A stretch of 64,000 nt of DNA from Candidatus Buchananbacteria bacterium (GCA_013359225.1 JABWCG010000002.1:113470-177469), one strand, 5' to 3'; positions 45,901 to 53,086 are shown, counted from the first letter of the stretch. Notes: generated by a model not told the origin, from the letters alone. Made by a program: numbers and translations.

Positions 45901-48225
45901 GGTGCCGTATTTGCGCCAAGAACTGATTCGTGTTCCGGCAATGTTTTAACGGAATATGGCTGTAACGGTGCCAACTTTACTTCATCAACCTATAATTGTG
46001 CCAGCGTTGCAAATACTATTTGTAGCAATGGTGCCTGTGTTTTACAGGCGGGAGTTAATAGCTGCAGCGACTCTGACGGCGGCGCTAACTATACGACGAT
46101 TGGCACGGTTTCCGGACAAGTTGATAGTGCAAACTATACTCATACTGATCAATGTGCCAGCGGCACCACTTTAACTGAATGGACTTGCAGTGGCACTCAG
46201 GCCGTTTCTTCGTCGCCAGCTTTTGACTGTACGACGCTTGGTGCCGGCTATACCTGTAGCAACGGCCGTTGTATTGCTCCGCCGCCAGTTTTTGTAAATT
46301 ACTATTGTAATACCGACGGTGACAGCGCGGTCAGCAGTTCGGTAACGATTAACTGCCAGCAGGGCACTGTTAATTGTCCGCCGGCCGGTCAGGGCTGTGT
46401 GACCGCACCAGGCACTGATTGTAATGATTCTAATTCTCAAATCTATCCAGGCGCCCCGGAGACTGCCTGCAATGGTGTTAATAATGACTGTGACGCTCAA
46501 ACCGATGAAGATTATGCTGTTATTTCCGGTCCAACGTGTGGTGTTGGCGCCTGCCAGACCACTGGCCAGCTCGTTTGCCAGAGCGGTACGATTACGGATA
46601 CTTGTACGCCCTTGCCGCCTTCAACTGAAGTGTGCGGTGACAGCGTCGACAACGATTGTAACGGAATCGTTGATAATGGTTGTATAAACGAGTGCACTCC
46701 GGGAGAACAAATTTCGTGCGGCGCTTTGGATCCAGTAAACTACAAGGGCGTTTGCGCTGCTCCAACAATTACCTGTAACGCTTTAGGCGCCTGGCCGCGA
46801 ACTGAATGTACGGCCCAAAAGAAAACCAGTGAAGTCGGTTTTTGTACGGATAATTTAGATAATGATTGTGATGGTTTTGCTGACTGTCAGGAAACCACTG
46901 ATTGTCCGGCGGGTAACGTTTGTTCCGGCAACTGTTTAGCTGGTGCGACGTGTAATGTTAGCGCCGGACCGACACAGTTTGACTGGATTTGTAATGCTCA
47001 GCCAGCGGCTTTTTGCGGCGGCACTGGCACGGCGTGCGGCTTGTGTGTTGAGGTTTCAGCTGGTAATTTCCAGTGCCAATCAAACGCTTCGGCCTGTAGT
47101 GGCGGTGCTGGGTATTGTGGTGTCTGTCAAGATCAGGGTGGCGGCGTGAATTTCAGCTGTGCACCAAACAATAATGCCTGTACGGCAGTTTGTACAACTT
47201 GTAGCAGCTCAACATTGTCGTGTGTTACTGTGGTGAATAATCAAGATACTGACGGCGCAAACCAGTGTCATGATACGGTTGGCTGCTCCGGTACGTCGTG
47301 CTCATGTAGCGTTGCCGGCGTTTGCCAAAACTGTGAAGATAATGATCATGACGGTTTATGTAATGAAATTGATGTTTGTCCGTATGATCCGGATAATGAC
47401 TTGGACAATGACGGTCTGTGTGCAGTTGGTTGTTTTAGTGGCCCGTCTCGTTTTGGCTCGCTAACCAACGGGTATATTTGTGATGCGGCCGCGTCCAATG
47501 TGTTACGCGACACTTGCCAGGGCGGCAGCAATCAGGACAGTGGCGGCTTGGGTGGCGTGCCGGACGACTGTGAGATCAATAGCTGCAAGGTGGTATTTGG
47601 CGCTCAAGACTACCTAAATATTTATATCAATGGTAAACTGGTTACTGGTAATTTATCTTTGCCGCAATATGTAAGCGGCAACCCGCCGGCGGATGTGATT
47701 GACAACGTGTTTGTCAGCCTTGATGATTATATTGCGTCCGGTGAAAACGTTATTGCAATTGAAGCTTACGTCGAAAAAGCCCGCGGTTCATATCCAGATT
47801 ACGCTCAGGCATATCGTCAGATTAGGGGAGCGTTTGCCAAGGTGACTGATCCGAGCTGTACTACCACCGGCTGTGGTTTATGTGATGCGTCCAGTTTAAG
47901 CGGCACGGCTTTAAGGACCGATCCGGTTTCCGGCAGTACGAATACTCCGGATATGCCGCTGAAATGTTTAGTGGTAAATGATACTACTAGTCCGGCGCCG
48001 ACAAACTGGAACAAGGTTGGTTTTAGCGAATCCGGCTGGTCTGATAGCGCAAACGGTTCAGCGCAAATTACTAATCCGTTCCAAGAAATTGAAGAGCGGC
48101 TCTGGAGTTCAGCCTACTATAGCAGCGTAACCAGTCCGCGCTACAACAGTCCGAAAGCGGTTTGGGCGGGCGGTAATTATACTTCAACTAGCAAGATTTA
48201 CTGTCGCTATACTTTCATTAAATAA
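30955..48225 (+). CDS. Giant 5756-aa Cys-rich surface protein: pilin N-terminus, Ig/IPT domains, Myxococcus-type Cys repeats, LamG, GspG-like segment, TSP3 repeats, VWA, MopE-like repeats, C-terminal jelly-roll
   Basis: Single 17.3-kb ORF; 'CGNG..E.GEECD.G' repeats; LamG 'LIAYYPLD...IDDVKIYNRALSASEI'; VWA 'VFVTDVSGSM...GGT...MTDG'; DxDxDG and 'IDNDCDG' repeats. Confidence 0.85.
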   Translation: MIPKKSKIKKLILPIVFGLVLGSFLVGSSVLALETGLGYGTFSGLGTQDLRVSVMNVVRAILGFLGVLAIVIIFYGGFIWMTAGGNADRIATAKKILTNAVIGLVIIFTSFAITSFVINQLINATGAGGGGITPGSCDEPSDVGAVNGCYVCTDFGSNYGWQVDCSINGCCPGPAQCGVVSITPSSPPNQPMNAVVRVRFNLPTITGVDEIQVIDTTTGNPVAVNRTVVGNVVEIRPTAFCAAPQDALNCFPANTTFNIAMNSGSIQCGGQNLVCGGFPDPCQGSFTTGDFVDIAGPTVELVDRQICQGTTNELRALVNDDYGIDNVQFFDTTYGVLISTDTNVSVPPEGFATGNWDTSTYAINEFVTVEARASDYDSHVATDQLQFTIRAGHCCNAVQDGDETGLNCGGNDCEACNPVIEWVSPLNGEQGNLITVHGRHFGDIPGTVTFLGAPNDGGADNQDGLNPASINPQCSNYWTDTEIVTVVPDAQDGPIMVRANNGTVDTTNELPGNTIADFDRNDVERPGICTVVPSSGEPGDAVVIHGLRLDAGSEVYFSSVLAGGTPVADGLMVTGATVPNLDPAQVGLRVKNQTQFSNPKTFSVGDANAPGQFQCSSDQLTCSPDQSKCTPDKFCNSSCNCEPRQTCDTNTGTPSCEPSQGLCDPGWFCYNPLPDGTHQPDPNKLACHCYQAQFCDDPTLAADVQNPACHPNDGACPDNYTCDPNSNCTCQPVSSIGDDSAYGWFFQSGIKPGSCSNEAGICDPNSALCNNGETCNPTTCNCEPTTQFACSSDPNVCSPDPDLCETGTFCNQTCQCETLVPCDADPNSPSCEPSACPQSYFCYSASVGDPGYDAKKLDCYCYPGILCDGDISTPVCDPDNDFCPTDYECNPNSCFCEAQVKVSDSSTYTWFFNTTSFGPRVVESCNRSNTCDIDSYSSPSPYNVSGTRAGGYTVSGARPDDGAIPVDSIITAMFTTEMVENSINETSVIVLRCNEASQPFNPTSCGAQQIIDDNGIDVHGCDYLGEAVTCFDFEPSALLTKNYWYQVTLNTSQIFGTNGVNLIGNSIDNNYRWVFKTRDSDELSRVACVYVEPTYQTAYNLGAEHDWNAYVSPEDFVCVLMNPDRSCTWDWTTSDGRATVIDQNGNEATTQALAETLPDPPVDVIASCTFSDGQKDGEGKLTIDLTSPYVIDKFPDCGTACLNARIGATFSRAMDAVSVTDAMTLYICYNNPNCEIGPANEVTSFSKPTAPAPDEAPNTFVGDMPCFDVNDDGKYDYCLLPDTYYRVVINNTAVSANDNKPLAGLNFDDPTLGGTGDLDSYSWIFKTQADAGLCLPDRIDVFPQDEVTPVDTTINYASRPRTAGDACDPEFGQRLNPYIWSWDYDTNLVSRQFDNPFCSGYEVANLLSTAPQNYCTERLPGSLRQSCGNNVIEIGESCDDGNLVNGDGCSNSCLHEGTVTPTCGDGKIGAGEECETPGSNYCGADCLWVGNTDYDLEVCGNGIVELSEMCEYPNTPGCGATCLLSGTTGAAICGNGVIDRGEECDEAERLNGDAPSSGDYNGDGISCGPTCLIENRGIGVCRSVATNKFDFTQNGGSCNTGYVAVPLNTATGNSNVGSVCGNRITELGEQCDLGGRCSDNNKPCTVSNLSNCANSATATCEPRDTYCFDPGNATDGQTCPTPGSACGTSGVCIANTCTVECLNAGYPSGFYSDNISPYQIAAATKDGETYIQSWIGGYSPVDTGPMGEGHLLVGNGGGNQFVIVERWPDCGSACLNADIGGRFSKSADPNTVNDLQAIDLGADRIFLYECGLDYSCAIDSLEPIEVSVDSYIEEYVNDAFRINLPLFYNLIDHDNNPSTPMVNALLPNTNYRVVVRNTVTSAEGLALTGLNFDDPYYDYQNPDTGSRLDSHSWVFRTQDTSEICSLDSVNVNPDDYYSESDASVRYSSEPRSEPDVCDPRYGQRLNPFYYDWNWDDEEVTGNPTPPPTFLNSAEFALPLRDGCGNALLQFGEDCDDGNLDNGDGCSSVCLNEGTTAPTCGNNKIDRGEECEPPSTGYCGANCLLIGNDNYTPIALGGYRLDDVCGNGVVEPGEECDEGTEPNGNEADGCTDYCRYTGSVPAALSICGDGQIGLGEECDDADFSNGSPVASGDGCSGTDPIAACTGLDRTACTAFPAANTCYWTGSTCKTRPCLVENRNVAICRSDRAGEFDFNQSPAACEDGYDPYNLTSVSGNNNFETPICGNRVIEEGEECDLGGRCSDNGRRCIPTDLSNCANPKTAVCELALGICTSDGTTCTVIGSACGSGGTCFSTGCSAECLNAGAIEDSLLQDTLIDPYQVVNTLSVPTVLAEVNEEIKAFATIQPNAVGVGLLHVVPGSQVDFAVIGHQPAIGATNQCLNVGIWALFSRPLNTETLSADSIRLCQGGDCSLVKNYSYRIVQGECGDDSFCHFPEHLSDVDSFGVCHNDFDCVGGQLIVRSLNTDTGFLDPNQDYEVRVDQNNLQDINGMTLAEANTCNGQTSCEWGFSSGTDFCECEYVSVSINPTTGGSETVKDLFTCAGDDCGSGTVSPFDDDAANGNPATEQNLAGNQHLYDTVCYDIHNNEGGRIPLLPTGLRFEWAVFPNDDLIYLTDSDATDFINDASFVTPNNKNGDSDVFITAYEYHCGDGPNFCDPQSAGACGDCGGDKAVNQTVRVTNFMCNNPWPGVEVFEDSDTNCDDANNCYDTNFTMLYCRDQGQEGVHDDLPPLYEDPLVLGNNPASPAIKDFIFTFASTGVNRTVNDRTPSNKTWTGGVGSNYQFTVAQTGNYAVKIDGYNYPTPGWGNSADLSSRVQPNPALFDSNVNYNGFNIDVYLRTGTCSASPAQKSGTAVLLPYDETNPQTGSVSLGQLTAGETYCMEFRWTNDWCKCNPECLASGGTLDDQCDANFHFLGWQVISENTSNDAIGIRVLENPLHLSPTTWYSSGLCGGVAEFDSLCFSDADCLVPNDNGLIAYYPLDGVEADYSGNELDGLKNTNAPYLPGKFGQAANFSSADEWIEVASNSKLQVSGELTVSAWVNLNEGLSGANPDERGLGIIASEYDWNSGGGTETGWTLGDDWGCSNAAGSPCPPADQIYFSVFGSGGSVVRAYANNFAQNYLDQWVLVTGVFKPGQYVKLYINGEEKSSTATNISSIVYSADTPLRIGHRADNDYQGNWIGRIDDVKIYNRALSASEIAGLMKPNVLECVFNVPARGNPQQTITDNYQSVAEGRSVYVGATNRRANALWSDIYLMSYSQGASNNTIEIFNRLLDPEQLTGRWSFNANVSNHRVCDIYGYFEDTTNICSGIGTSNFDYCSTLGTPAACNNDAVTYGCYWDSQFEVCLGKMCEAIYCENDFECPNLSCNANKEKIVRDAERYGDLRDLQLALNRYGQTKGGYPTLGGGTYVPNTTFSQWPSWQQTLGADLGGRLYVDPINRFVGCSDHYCDDNESGTIDSGERTFCLVGDVDACSSRPYLCLAIDPDQEVTCWDEITKQFSCPAQMFSYAYNAINGGGDYALYTSFEYDQIGSWRSLPGYFCDTNNNGSIQIDQETIRCTVNADCTSGACLASAEADLYELPLTSTDVECRELNFTLDAATISGGVSPAECAARRCYGGTNDPENDECNSGEVTECPDSGPGTYCTGDADYDGICDVDVGTDNCNPFLDCKANPRDCYNPDQRDSGGIPGKGDVCDATCGADTDSDGVCDSSDTCRNVYNPANASCLDGHSNRTNGQCDYDLDNIGDACDPCTDLDRDGFWDKNTPANTCLADNCAVGLTVSNDRFGYCSGDLSIQCSPGAAGNTICAGAGAGSCVQQTGSLATYNPYQEDYDGDGVGYICDFCIDFDGDSHGDYPFYTSSMFVTTLTPNQQQHFSSCTSGTAWPGNPGNINDIDNCPGGPFGAECTDEFGIEVSCYNPSGTAWEDLNGTSHTGQKDFNLDGIGDICDEFRVGLVNCGDGITDPGGGEACDCGKYALTSDPSSPIVCSTINDQPCNPGYDSNVGNGLNNCNWCYRCQEVKNEEAGYCGDDIVQAPQENCERGNAGCDNSCQNFEPAEYCDANGYDSEVIHFNSPTGQTSHNFLNTTPVYFYIPECSITNSTEVSFDIDITGSLPDTGIVFVTDVSGSMAGTRITDAKAAIINTINDFAATAFAGKIHIGLVSYSTDKSLDSPLVKVDNPTNVQNLIAKVNAYDAVGGTEPDKAVQEATTMLGSFTGNRIMIFMTDGDSHYTYGNYGPGEPVCYGSLDHGSNCHVVPVCEHTCAYTCNGSACQECTATNIWGACTTWTNRSGTCCPDCPGSVAYEFTCSAASVCTGCIASSSSFTNDSDIAKGAPYNIVIYGAAFTGGTQTANPTEVNLTSSNCLGGSCSSNFCNSGYCFGEGGLTFEDIYGAIYDQIVEELGYSFSVLVDGVMTTPIDLPYQSPTGGSYPNQTIDLPSNICTSGTVNPSYPDFGQHTLQLVGLPSGIQASFSGAAVNYCTTCDEDNDGVMDASCGGADCNPANANIPVAELIAAGNCTDNIDNDCDGTKDGADIGCVDPGGGGTIQEGIGNCADGIDNDVDSRTDCADPECVGKPGPNGVTCCQVGTDCSTYGTGQCNACSNNVCVAVTAINGSNCEGTCSFCSNGTCVNRETGDGRECPAGWACTGPAATAYCSPNVSAENCSQAGDEDGDGLADCADVDDCDGHTAPDGGICCTDSFDCGGTCQTCSPTAKRCVPYTGLNGGLCSGACTYCSNGSCVARTNGDGLECPVGTVCSGMSCVDPGASNDCTVPSSKVCPFQQGVCSGSRENCVAPGVWPGCDYQTYVNHAASTGKTYEAGFESLCTDGQDNDCDGQTDSADSDCGAVCNDNGTCDGAENCSNCPDECACLPGQLCCGAATYSCEVPDCNANIDCNDSNASTIDVCQGAATCNATCIHTPITACSNGDGYCPAGCTASNDTDCAPVAACQDTDGGSTVYTTQGTVSDGVGGAVFAPRTDSCSGNVLTEYGCNGANFTSSTYNCASVANTICSNGACVLQAGVNSCSDSDGGANYTTIGTVSGQVDSANYTHTDQCASGTTLTEWTCSGTQAVSSSPAFDCTTLGAGYTCSNGRCIAPPPVFVNYYCNTDGDSAVSSSVTINCQQGTVNCPPAGQGCVTAPGTDCNDSNSQIYPGAPETACNGVNNDCDAQTDEDYAVISGPTCGVGACQTTGQLVCQSGTITDTCTPLPPSTEVCGDSVDNDCNGIVDNGCINECTPGEQISCGALDPVNYKGVCAAPTITCNALGAWPRTECTAQKKTSEVGFCTDNLDNDCDGFADCQETTDCPAGNVCSGNCLAGATCNVSAGPTQFDWICNAQPAAFCGGTGTACGLCVEVSAGNFQCQSNASACSGGAGYCGVCQDQGGGVNFSCAPNNNACTAVCTTCSSSTLSCVTVVNNQDTDGANQCHDTVGCSGTSCSCSVAGVCQNCEDNDHDGLCNEIDVCPYDPDNDLDNDGLCAVGCFSGPSRFGSLTNGYICDAAASNVLRDTCQGGSNQDSGGLGGVPDDCEINSCKVVFGAQDYLNIYINGKLVTGNLSLPQYVSGNPPADVIDNVFVSLDDYIASGENVIAIEAYVEKARGSYPDYAQAYRQIRGAFAKVTDPSCTTTGCGLCDASSLSGTALRTDPVSGSTNTPDMPLKCLVVNDTTSPAPTNWNKVGFSESGWSDSANGSAQITNPFQEIEERLWSSAYYSSVTSPRYNSPKAVWAGGNYTSTSKIYCRYTFIK

Positions 48226-48243
48226 TTAATCAAGTAAAAACGT

Positions 48244-48948
48244 ATGTTTGATGATAAACCAAACAAGCCAAATCCAATGGCGCCTACCAATTTGCCGACT
48301 GCTCCCCAAAAATTAAGCCGGGAGCCGGAAGACATCTTAGATACTATTGATGAGGCTCCGGCCGCCGCGGCTCCAGTTTCCCGGCCTCAGCCGACTATTC
48401 CGGCGATGCCAGTGCCACCAGCAATGCCAAAGGCGGAAAGGGCAACTACCAAAGAGCCGTTTGCTTTTCATTATAAAAAGTTTGTTGTAGTTATTCTCGG
48501 CATATTATTGTTGGCGGGCTTGGCGTGGGGTGGCTGGTATGCGTATACGACGTTTTTAAGGCCTGATAAAACTGCAACCAATACCAATCAGCCGACGACC
48601 ACTAATCAGAATAACGCTAATACCAATCAGCCGAATGGTAATGCCGGCGCTGCAAACGTCAATCAACCCGGCAATGTTAATGTCGGTGGCGAAGGAACAC
48701 CGGTAGATCCAAAGCCAGTTGACTCCGACAGCGATGGTCTTGATGATGAAGAGGAAAAACTATATGGGACCAATCCGGACCGAGTTGATACGGATCTTGA
48801 CGGTTTAACTGATCGTGATGAGGTAAAAGTTTTTAAAACTGACCCGAATAATCCAGATAGCGATGGGGACACCTTCTTGGACGGTAATGAAGTTCGCGCC
48901 GGCTACGACCCGAAAGGGGACGGCAAACTCTTGGAAATAAATAATTAA
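48244..48948 (+). CDS. Single-TM protein with Asn/Thr-rich linker and bacterial TSP3-like Ca-binding repeats
   Basis: Pro-rich N-terminus, TM 'FVVVILGILLLAGLAWGGWYAY', three 'DSDSDGL.D.EE...GT.P' units. Confidence 0.75.
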   Translation: MFDDKPNKPNPMAPTNLPTAPQKLSREPEDILDTIDEAPAAAAPVSRPQPTIPAMPVPPAMPKAERATTKEPFAFHYKKFVVVILGILLLAGLAWGGWYAYTTFLRPDKTATNTNQPTTTNQNNANTNQPNGNAGAANVNQPGNVNVGGEGTPVDPKPVDSDSDGLDDEEEKLYGTNPDRVDTDLDGLTDRDEVKVFKTDPNNPDSDGDTFLDGNEVRAGYDPKGDGKLLEINN

Positions 48949-48979
48949 TTAATATCTTGAGCGAAAAAATAATCAAGCT

Positions 48980-49966
48980 ATGTTTAAGTTAGGGAAAAAT
49001 AAAGTCAGTGAATCAAAAACAGATACGGCGTTAACGTCCGGCGGGTCTGAAAGTGTTCATGTGATGCCGAGAAAATTTTATGTTGCACCTAAAAAGGGCA
49101 ATAACGGTCTAGTTATTATTATCGTTGTGGGAGTGCTGGTGGTTGGCGGCCTGGCGGCGGCGGCGATTTTTCTTAACTTAAGCCTTGGCAAAAATCAGGC
49201 CAGCAATCAAAATAGTAATACAAACACTTCAGCGTCGGTTACTACAAATACGGGCAATACTAACGTGAATATTAATAGCAACGTGAACGCTAATATTGGT
49301 ATGCCTGCAACGACTACGATTGATGTGCCGACGACAACCGATCCGGCAGTTAATATTAATGTGAATACCAATACATCAATTGATGATCCGGATATCAAAG
49401 ATGTAGAAGTAAAGCCCTTACCTTCAGCGCCTGATTCTGACAACGATGGTCTAACGCTTGAGGAAGAAAATTTATACGGCACCGACCCGTCGTTACTAGA
49501 TTCTGACAATGATGGCTTTTCCGACGGCTCGGAGCTTTTGAACGGGTATGACCCGACGCATGTCGGCCAGACGCTTGAGGCCTCAGGAGTTTTTACCAAG
49601 CACACTGGCGCTGGGTATTCAATTAGTTACCCGACCGGCTGGCAAGTGAGGCCGCAAAGTGACAATAGCGAAACATTGTTTATTTCAAGTACGGGCGAAT
49701 TTGTCGCTGTTATCATCATGGAAAATCCGGACAAGCTTCCTTTGGCAGAGTGGTATGCTAAGCAGTACCCGGATATTGATATTACCAATGCTGTTTCGGT
49801 CCGCTTAAATAGTTTTTCTGGATACCGCCATCCTGATAATCGGATTTATTTCCTGACCAAATCCGGCGACATTAGCAAGATTTTTATGGTTAATTATAAT
49901 GTTGGCAATTTCCGGCTGACTAATTTTGCCACCACGTTCAATTTGATGGTTAAGAGCCTTAATTAA
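48980..49966 (+). CDS. Single-TM protein with Asn-rich linker, TSP3-like repeats and PsbP-like C-terminal domain
   Basis: TM 'LVIIIVVGVLVVGGLAAAAIFL', 'DSDNDGL...DSDNDGF', then 'YSISYPTGW'. Confidence 0.7.
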   Translation: MFKLGKNKVSESKTDTALTSGGSESVHVMPRKFYVAPKKGNNGLVIIIVVGVLVVGGLAAAAIFLNLSLGKNQASNQNSNTNTSASVTTNTGNTNVNINSNVNANIGMPATTTIDVPTTTDPAVNINVNTNTSIDDPDIKDVEVKPLPSAPDSDNDGLTLEEENLYGTDPSLLDSDNDGFSDGSELLNGYDPTHVGQTLEASGVFTKHTGAGYSISYPTGWQVRPQSDNSETLFISSTGEFVAVIIMENPDKLPLAEWYAKQYPDIDITNAVSVRLNSFSGYRHPDNRIYFLTKSGDISKIFMVNYNVGNFRLTNFATTFNLMVKSLN

Positions 49967-49980
49967 CAGGAGTTGTTTTT

Positions 49981-50412
49981 ATGGTACGGTTTGAAGTCAA
50001 CCAACAAGCAGGAAAAAAGATTACAGCAAGCGTCTGGCGTAGTTACTTAAAGCCAATTGAGGCGGCTTTGAAGCTCAAAAAACCGTTAGAGATTTCAATT
50101 GGTATTGTCGGGGATGCAGCAATTAAGAAACTTAATAAGATATACCGTCATAAAGACAAGGTTACTGATGTGTTGAGTTTTGGCGAAACCAATCAGCTCG
50201 CCGGCGGTAATAAAAACTATCTGGGCGAAATCATTATTTGTTACCCTCAGGCAGTGCGTCAGGCGAAGAAAGCCGGGCATCCGCTTAATCGGGAATTACA
50301 GCTTTTATTCACGCACGGTTTTTTGCACTTGTTAGGGTATGACCATGAAAAAGACAGTGACGCTGAGGTGATGGAGGGCTTAGAAGAAAAAATTTTGGGG
50401 TTTAGGCGTTAA
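49981..50412 (+). CDS. ybeY: rRNA maturation endoribonuclease YbeY
   Basis: 'LN..YR.KDK.TDVLSF', 'LGEIII', 'HGFLHLLGYDH'. Confidence 0.96.
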   Translation: MVRFEVNQQAGKKITASVWRSYLKPIEAALKLKKPLEISIGIVGDAAIKKLNKIYRHKDKVTDVLSFGETNQLAGGNKNYLGEIIICYPQAVRQAKKAGHPLNRELQLLFTHGFLHLLGYDHEKDSDAEVMEGLEEKILGFRR

Positions 50413-50490
50413 AGGTTGTTGGAAATAGGGTTTTATGGTAAAATATTTTTATAATTTTTCATTGTTAAAATTGTATTTAAAGGGAAAAAT

Positions 50491-51744
50491 ATGGCTGAAC
50501 AAGAAATAATTGCCGGGCTCGATATTGGTTCAAGTGCAGTTCGCTTAGCAATTGGTCAAATCTCCGCCAAAGGGGAACAAATCCACATTATTGGCTCTGC
50601 CGAAGTGCCCGCTGAGGGCATTAGCAAAGGAGTCATTTCCAGCATTGAAGACGCTGTTTCTTCAATTTCAGCTTGTTTAGAAAAGGCGGAACGCATGATT
50701 GGCGTGCCGGTGCAAAGAGCCTGGGTGGGCATTTCTGGCAGTCATATTATTTCTCAGGAAAGTCAGGGTGTGGTTGCAGTTGCGCGTAGTGATGGTGAGA
50801 TTTCCGAAGATGATATTGAGCGTTCAATTGAAGCGGCTCGAACCGTAGCAACGCCGCCAAACTATGAAATTTTGCATGTCATTCCCAAAAGTTTTACGGT
50901 TGACGGCCAGTCGGGGATTAAAGACCCGCTTGGTATGACCGGTGTTCGAATTGAGGTTGAAACGCAAATCATTCAGGGCTTAACGGCTCAAATAAAAAAT
51001 TTAACAAAGGCGGTATATCGCACCGGTGTTAACATTGAGGACCTGGTGCTTTCTATTTTGGCAACATCTGAAGCGGTGTTAACTAATCGACAAAAAGAGC
51101 TGGGAGTAGCGGTTATTAATATCGGCGGTTCTACTACGTCGTTGGCGGTTTTTGAAGAAGGCGACATTTTACACACAACTATTCTGCCGGTTGGTTCCGA
51201 CCATATTACCTCTGACATTGCCATTGGTTTAAGAATTTCCATTGATACGGCAGAAAAGATCAAATTGGAATATGGTTCGGCATTGTCGGAAGGAATTGGC
51301 AAGCGAGACGAAATTGATATCGGTGAATTGGAAGGTAAAGAGGCAAATTTTGTTTCCCGAAAATACATTGGTGAAATCACCGAAGCGCGCGTTGAAGAAA
51401 TTTTTGATAAGGTTGACGCTGAGTTGAAGAAGATTGATAAAAGTGGTAAACTACCGGCAGGCGTCGTGATAACTGGCGGCGGTGCCAAGCTTCATGATTT
51501 GGTTGAAGCGGCAAAAAAACGTTTACGCTTGCCCGCGGTGATTGGTACGCCAACTAACATTACTAGCGCCATTGATAAAGTTAATGATCCGAGTTTTTCT
51601 ACAGCAATCGGTTTAGTGATTTGGGGCAGTCAGCTTGCAAGCCAGCGCTCGCAAGGAGGTTTTGGTAAGTTGATGAATTATTTGCCGAATCTCAAGGGCG
51701 TTTCCAGTCAAGCTAAGAAATGGTTTAAAAAAATAATTCCTTAA
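50491..51744 (+). CDS. ftsA: Cell division protein FtsA
   Basis: 'GLDIGSS', 'DPLGMTGVR', 'IGGSTT', 'AEKIKLEYG', 'VITGGG', C-terminal amphipathic helix; precedes ftsZ. Confidence 0.96.
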   Translation: MAEQEIIAGLDIGSSAVRLAIGQISAKGEQIHIIGSAEVPAEGISKGVISSIEDAVSSISACLEKAERMIGVPVQRAWVGISGSHIISQESQGVVAVARSDGEISEDDIERSIEAARTVATPPNYEILHVIPKSFTVDGQSGIKDPLGMTGVRIEVETQIIQGLTAQIKNLTKAVYRTGVNIEDLVLSILATSEAVLTNRQKELGVAVINIGGSTTSLAVFEEGDILHTTILPVGSDHITSDIAIGLRISIDTAEKIKLEYGSALSEGIGKRDEIDIGELEGKEANFVSRKYIGEITEARVEEIFDKVDAELKKIDKSGKLPAGVVITGGGAKLHDLVEAAKKRLRLPAVIGTPTNITSAIDKVNDPSFSTAIGLVIWGSQLASQRSQGGFGKLMNYLPNLKGVSSQAKKWFKKIIP

Positions 51745-51747
51745 GGT

Positions 51748-52926
51748 ATGGCTGAAATCAAGCCGGAAATTGAAACATTTGCAAAAATTAAAGTTATCGG
51801 TGTTGGCGGTTCGGGTGGCGCAGCCATCAATCGCATGGTCGCCTCTAAAATTCGTGGAGTCGATTTTTTGGCGATTAATACCGATGTTCAGGCTTTGCAT
51901 CATTCTCAAGCCAAAACTAAATTGCATATTGGTAAATTAACCACCCGCGGTCTGGGTGCTGGGATGGATCCTGATATTGGTGAGAAGGCGGCTGAAGAAA
52001 GCCAGAATGATATTCGTGAGTTGATAAAAGATGCTGATATGGTGTTTGTCACTTGTGGTTTGGGTGGTGGTACCGGAACCGGTGCCGCACCGGTTGTTGC
52101 CAGCATGGCTAAAGATGCCGGTGCATTGACCGTAGCCGTTGTTACCAGGCCGTTTTCGTTTGAAGGCGCTCAGCGTGCTCAAATTGCTCAGCAGGGATAC
52201 GACAGTCTAAAAAATAAAGTTGACGCTATTGTCACGATTCCTAACGATCGACTGTTGCAAATTATTGATAAAAAAACCTCCTTACTCGACGCTTTTAAAA
52301 TTTGTGACGAAGTGTTGCAGCAGGGCGTGCAGGGGATTGCAGAATTAATTACCATACCTGGTTTAATCAACGTTGACTTTGCGGACGTCAAAACCATCAT
52401 GAAAGACACCGGTTCAGCATTAATGGGCATTGGTCAGGGTACCGGCGAGAATCGGGCCGTGGAAGCGGCTAAATCAGCTATTTCTAGCCCATTACTTGAG
52501 CTATCTATTGATGGTGCTAAAGGCATATTGTTTACCGTGGTAGGCGGACCAGACTTGGGTATGCATGAAGTCAATGAAGCCGCTAAAGTTATCACTCAGT
52601 CAGCCGATCCAAATGCTAAGGTCATTTTTGGCGCGGTTATTGATGACTCTATGAAAGATGAGGTTAAGGTTACCGTTGTGGCTACTGGTTTTTCCGACCG
52701 TGAGATTAGGGCGGCAAGTGAAAAATCGTTTGCTTCTAAGGAGAGTAATTACACGCCAAGCACTTTTGTTGAATCAAAGAATAAGGTTGAAGAAAAAACC
52801 GCTTCGGCTGTCAGGCGCATTTCAACCAAAATCCCGACAAAAAGAACAATTCCGTCCCAACCGGATATCATTGCTGAAGATGATGAGCTTGAAATCCCCG
52901 CATTTATTCGAAAAAAGATGAGGTAA
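51748..52926 (+). CDS. ftsZ: Cell division protein FtsZ
   Basis: 'GGGTGTG' tubulin signature, 'INVDFADV', C-terminal 'LEIPAFIRK'. Confidence 0.98.
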   Translation: MAEIKPEIETFAKIKVIGVGGSGGAAINRMVASKIRGVDFLAINTDVQALHHSQAKTKLHIGKLTTRGLGAGMDPDIGEKAAEESQNDIRELIKDADMVFVTCGLGGGTGTGAAPVVASMAKDAGALTVAVVTRPFSFEGAQRAQIAQQGYDSLKNKVDAIVTIPNDRLLQIIDKKTSLLDAFKICDEVLQQGVQGIAELITIPGLINVDFADVKTIMKDTGSALMGIGQGTGENRAVEAAKSAISSPLLELSIDGAKGILFTVVGGPDLGMHEVNEAAKVITQSADPNAKVIFGAVIDDSMKDEVKVTVVATGFSDREIRAASEKSFASKESNYTPSTFVESKNKVEEKTASAVRRISTKIPTKRTIPSQPDIIAEDDELEIPAFIRKKMR

Positions 52927-53086
52927 AGTAGTCTTTACAAGTTATCCTCATAGACAACAAAAAAAAATAGGACTAAAATAAACAGTACCCCCAAAAAAAT
53001 TTAAAACCAAAATAAAACAGGCTTCGGGAGGTTTAAAATTTTAACTACATAAGGCAAAAAATGTCTTATTTTTTATCGCTCAAAAT

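Noticed and set aside
30955-48225. Many short overlapping and antisense ORFs within the giant gene; possible DGR target or CRISPR-like repeats
   Set aside because: Shadow frames of a biased coding sequence; repeats are degenerate protein-level units, with no adenine-specific TR/VR pair or identical spaced repeats seen.
52935-53086. Possible NrdR boxes or DnaA box upstream of nrdJ
   Set aside because: Only weak partial matches; no convincing tandem NrdR palindromes or DnaA-box cluster.
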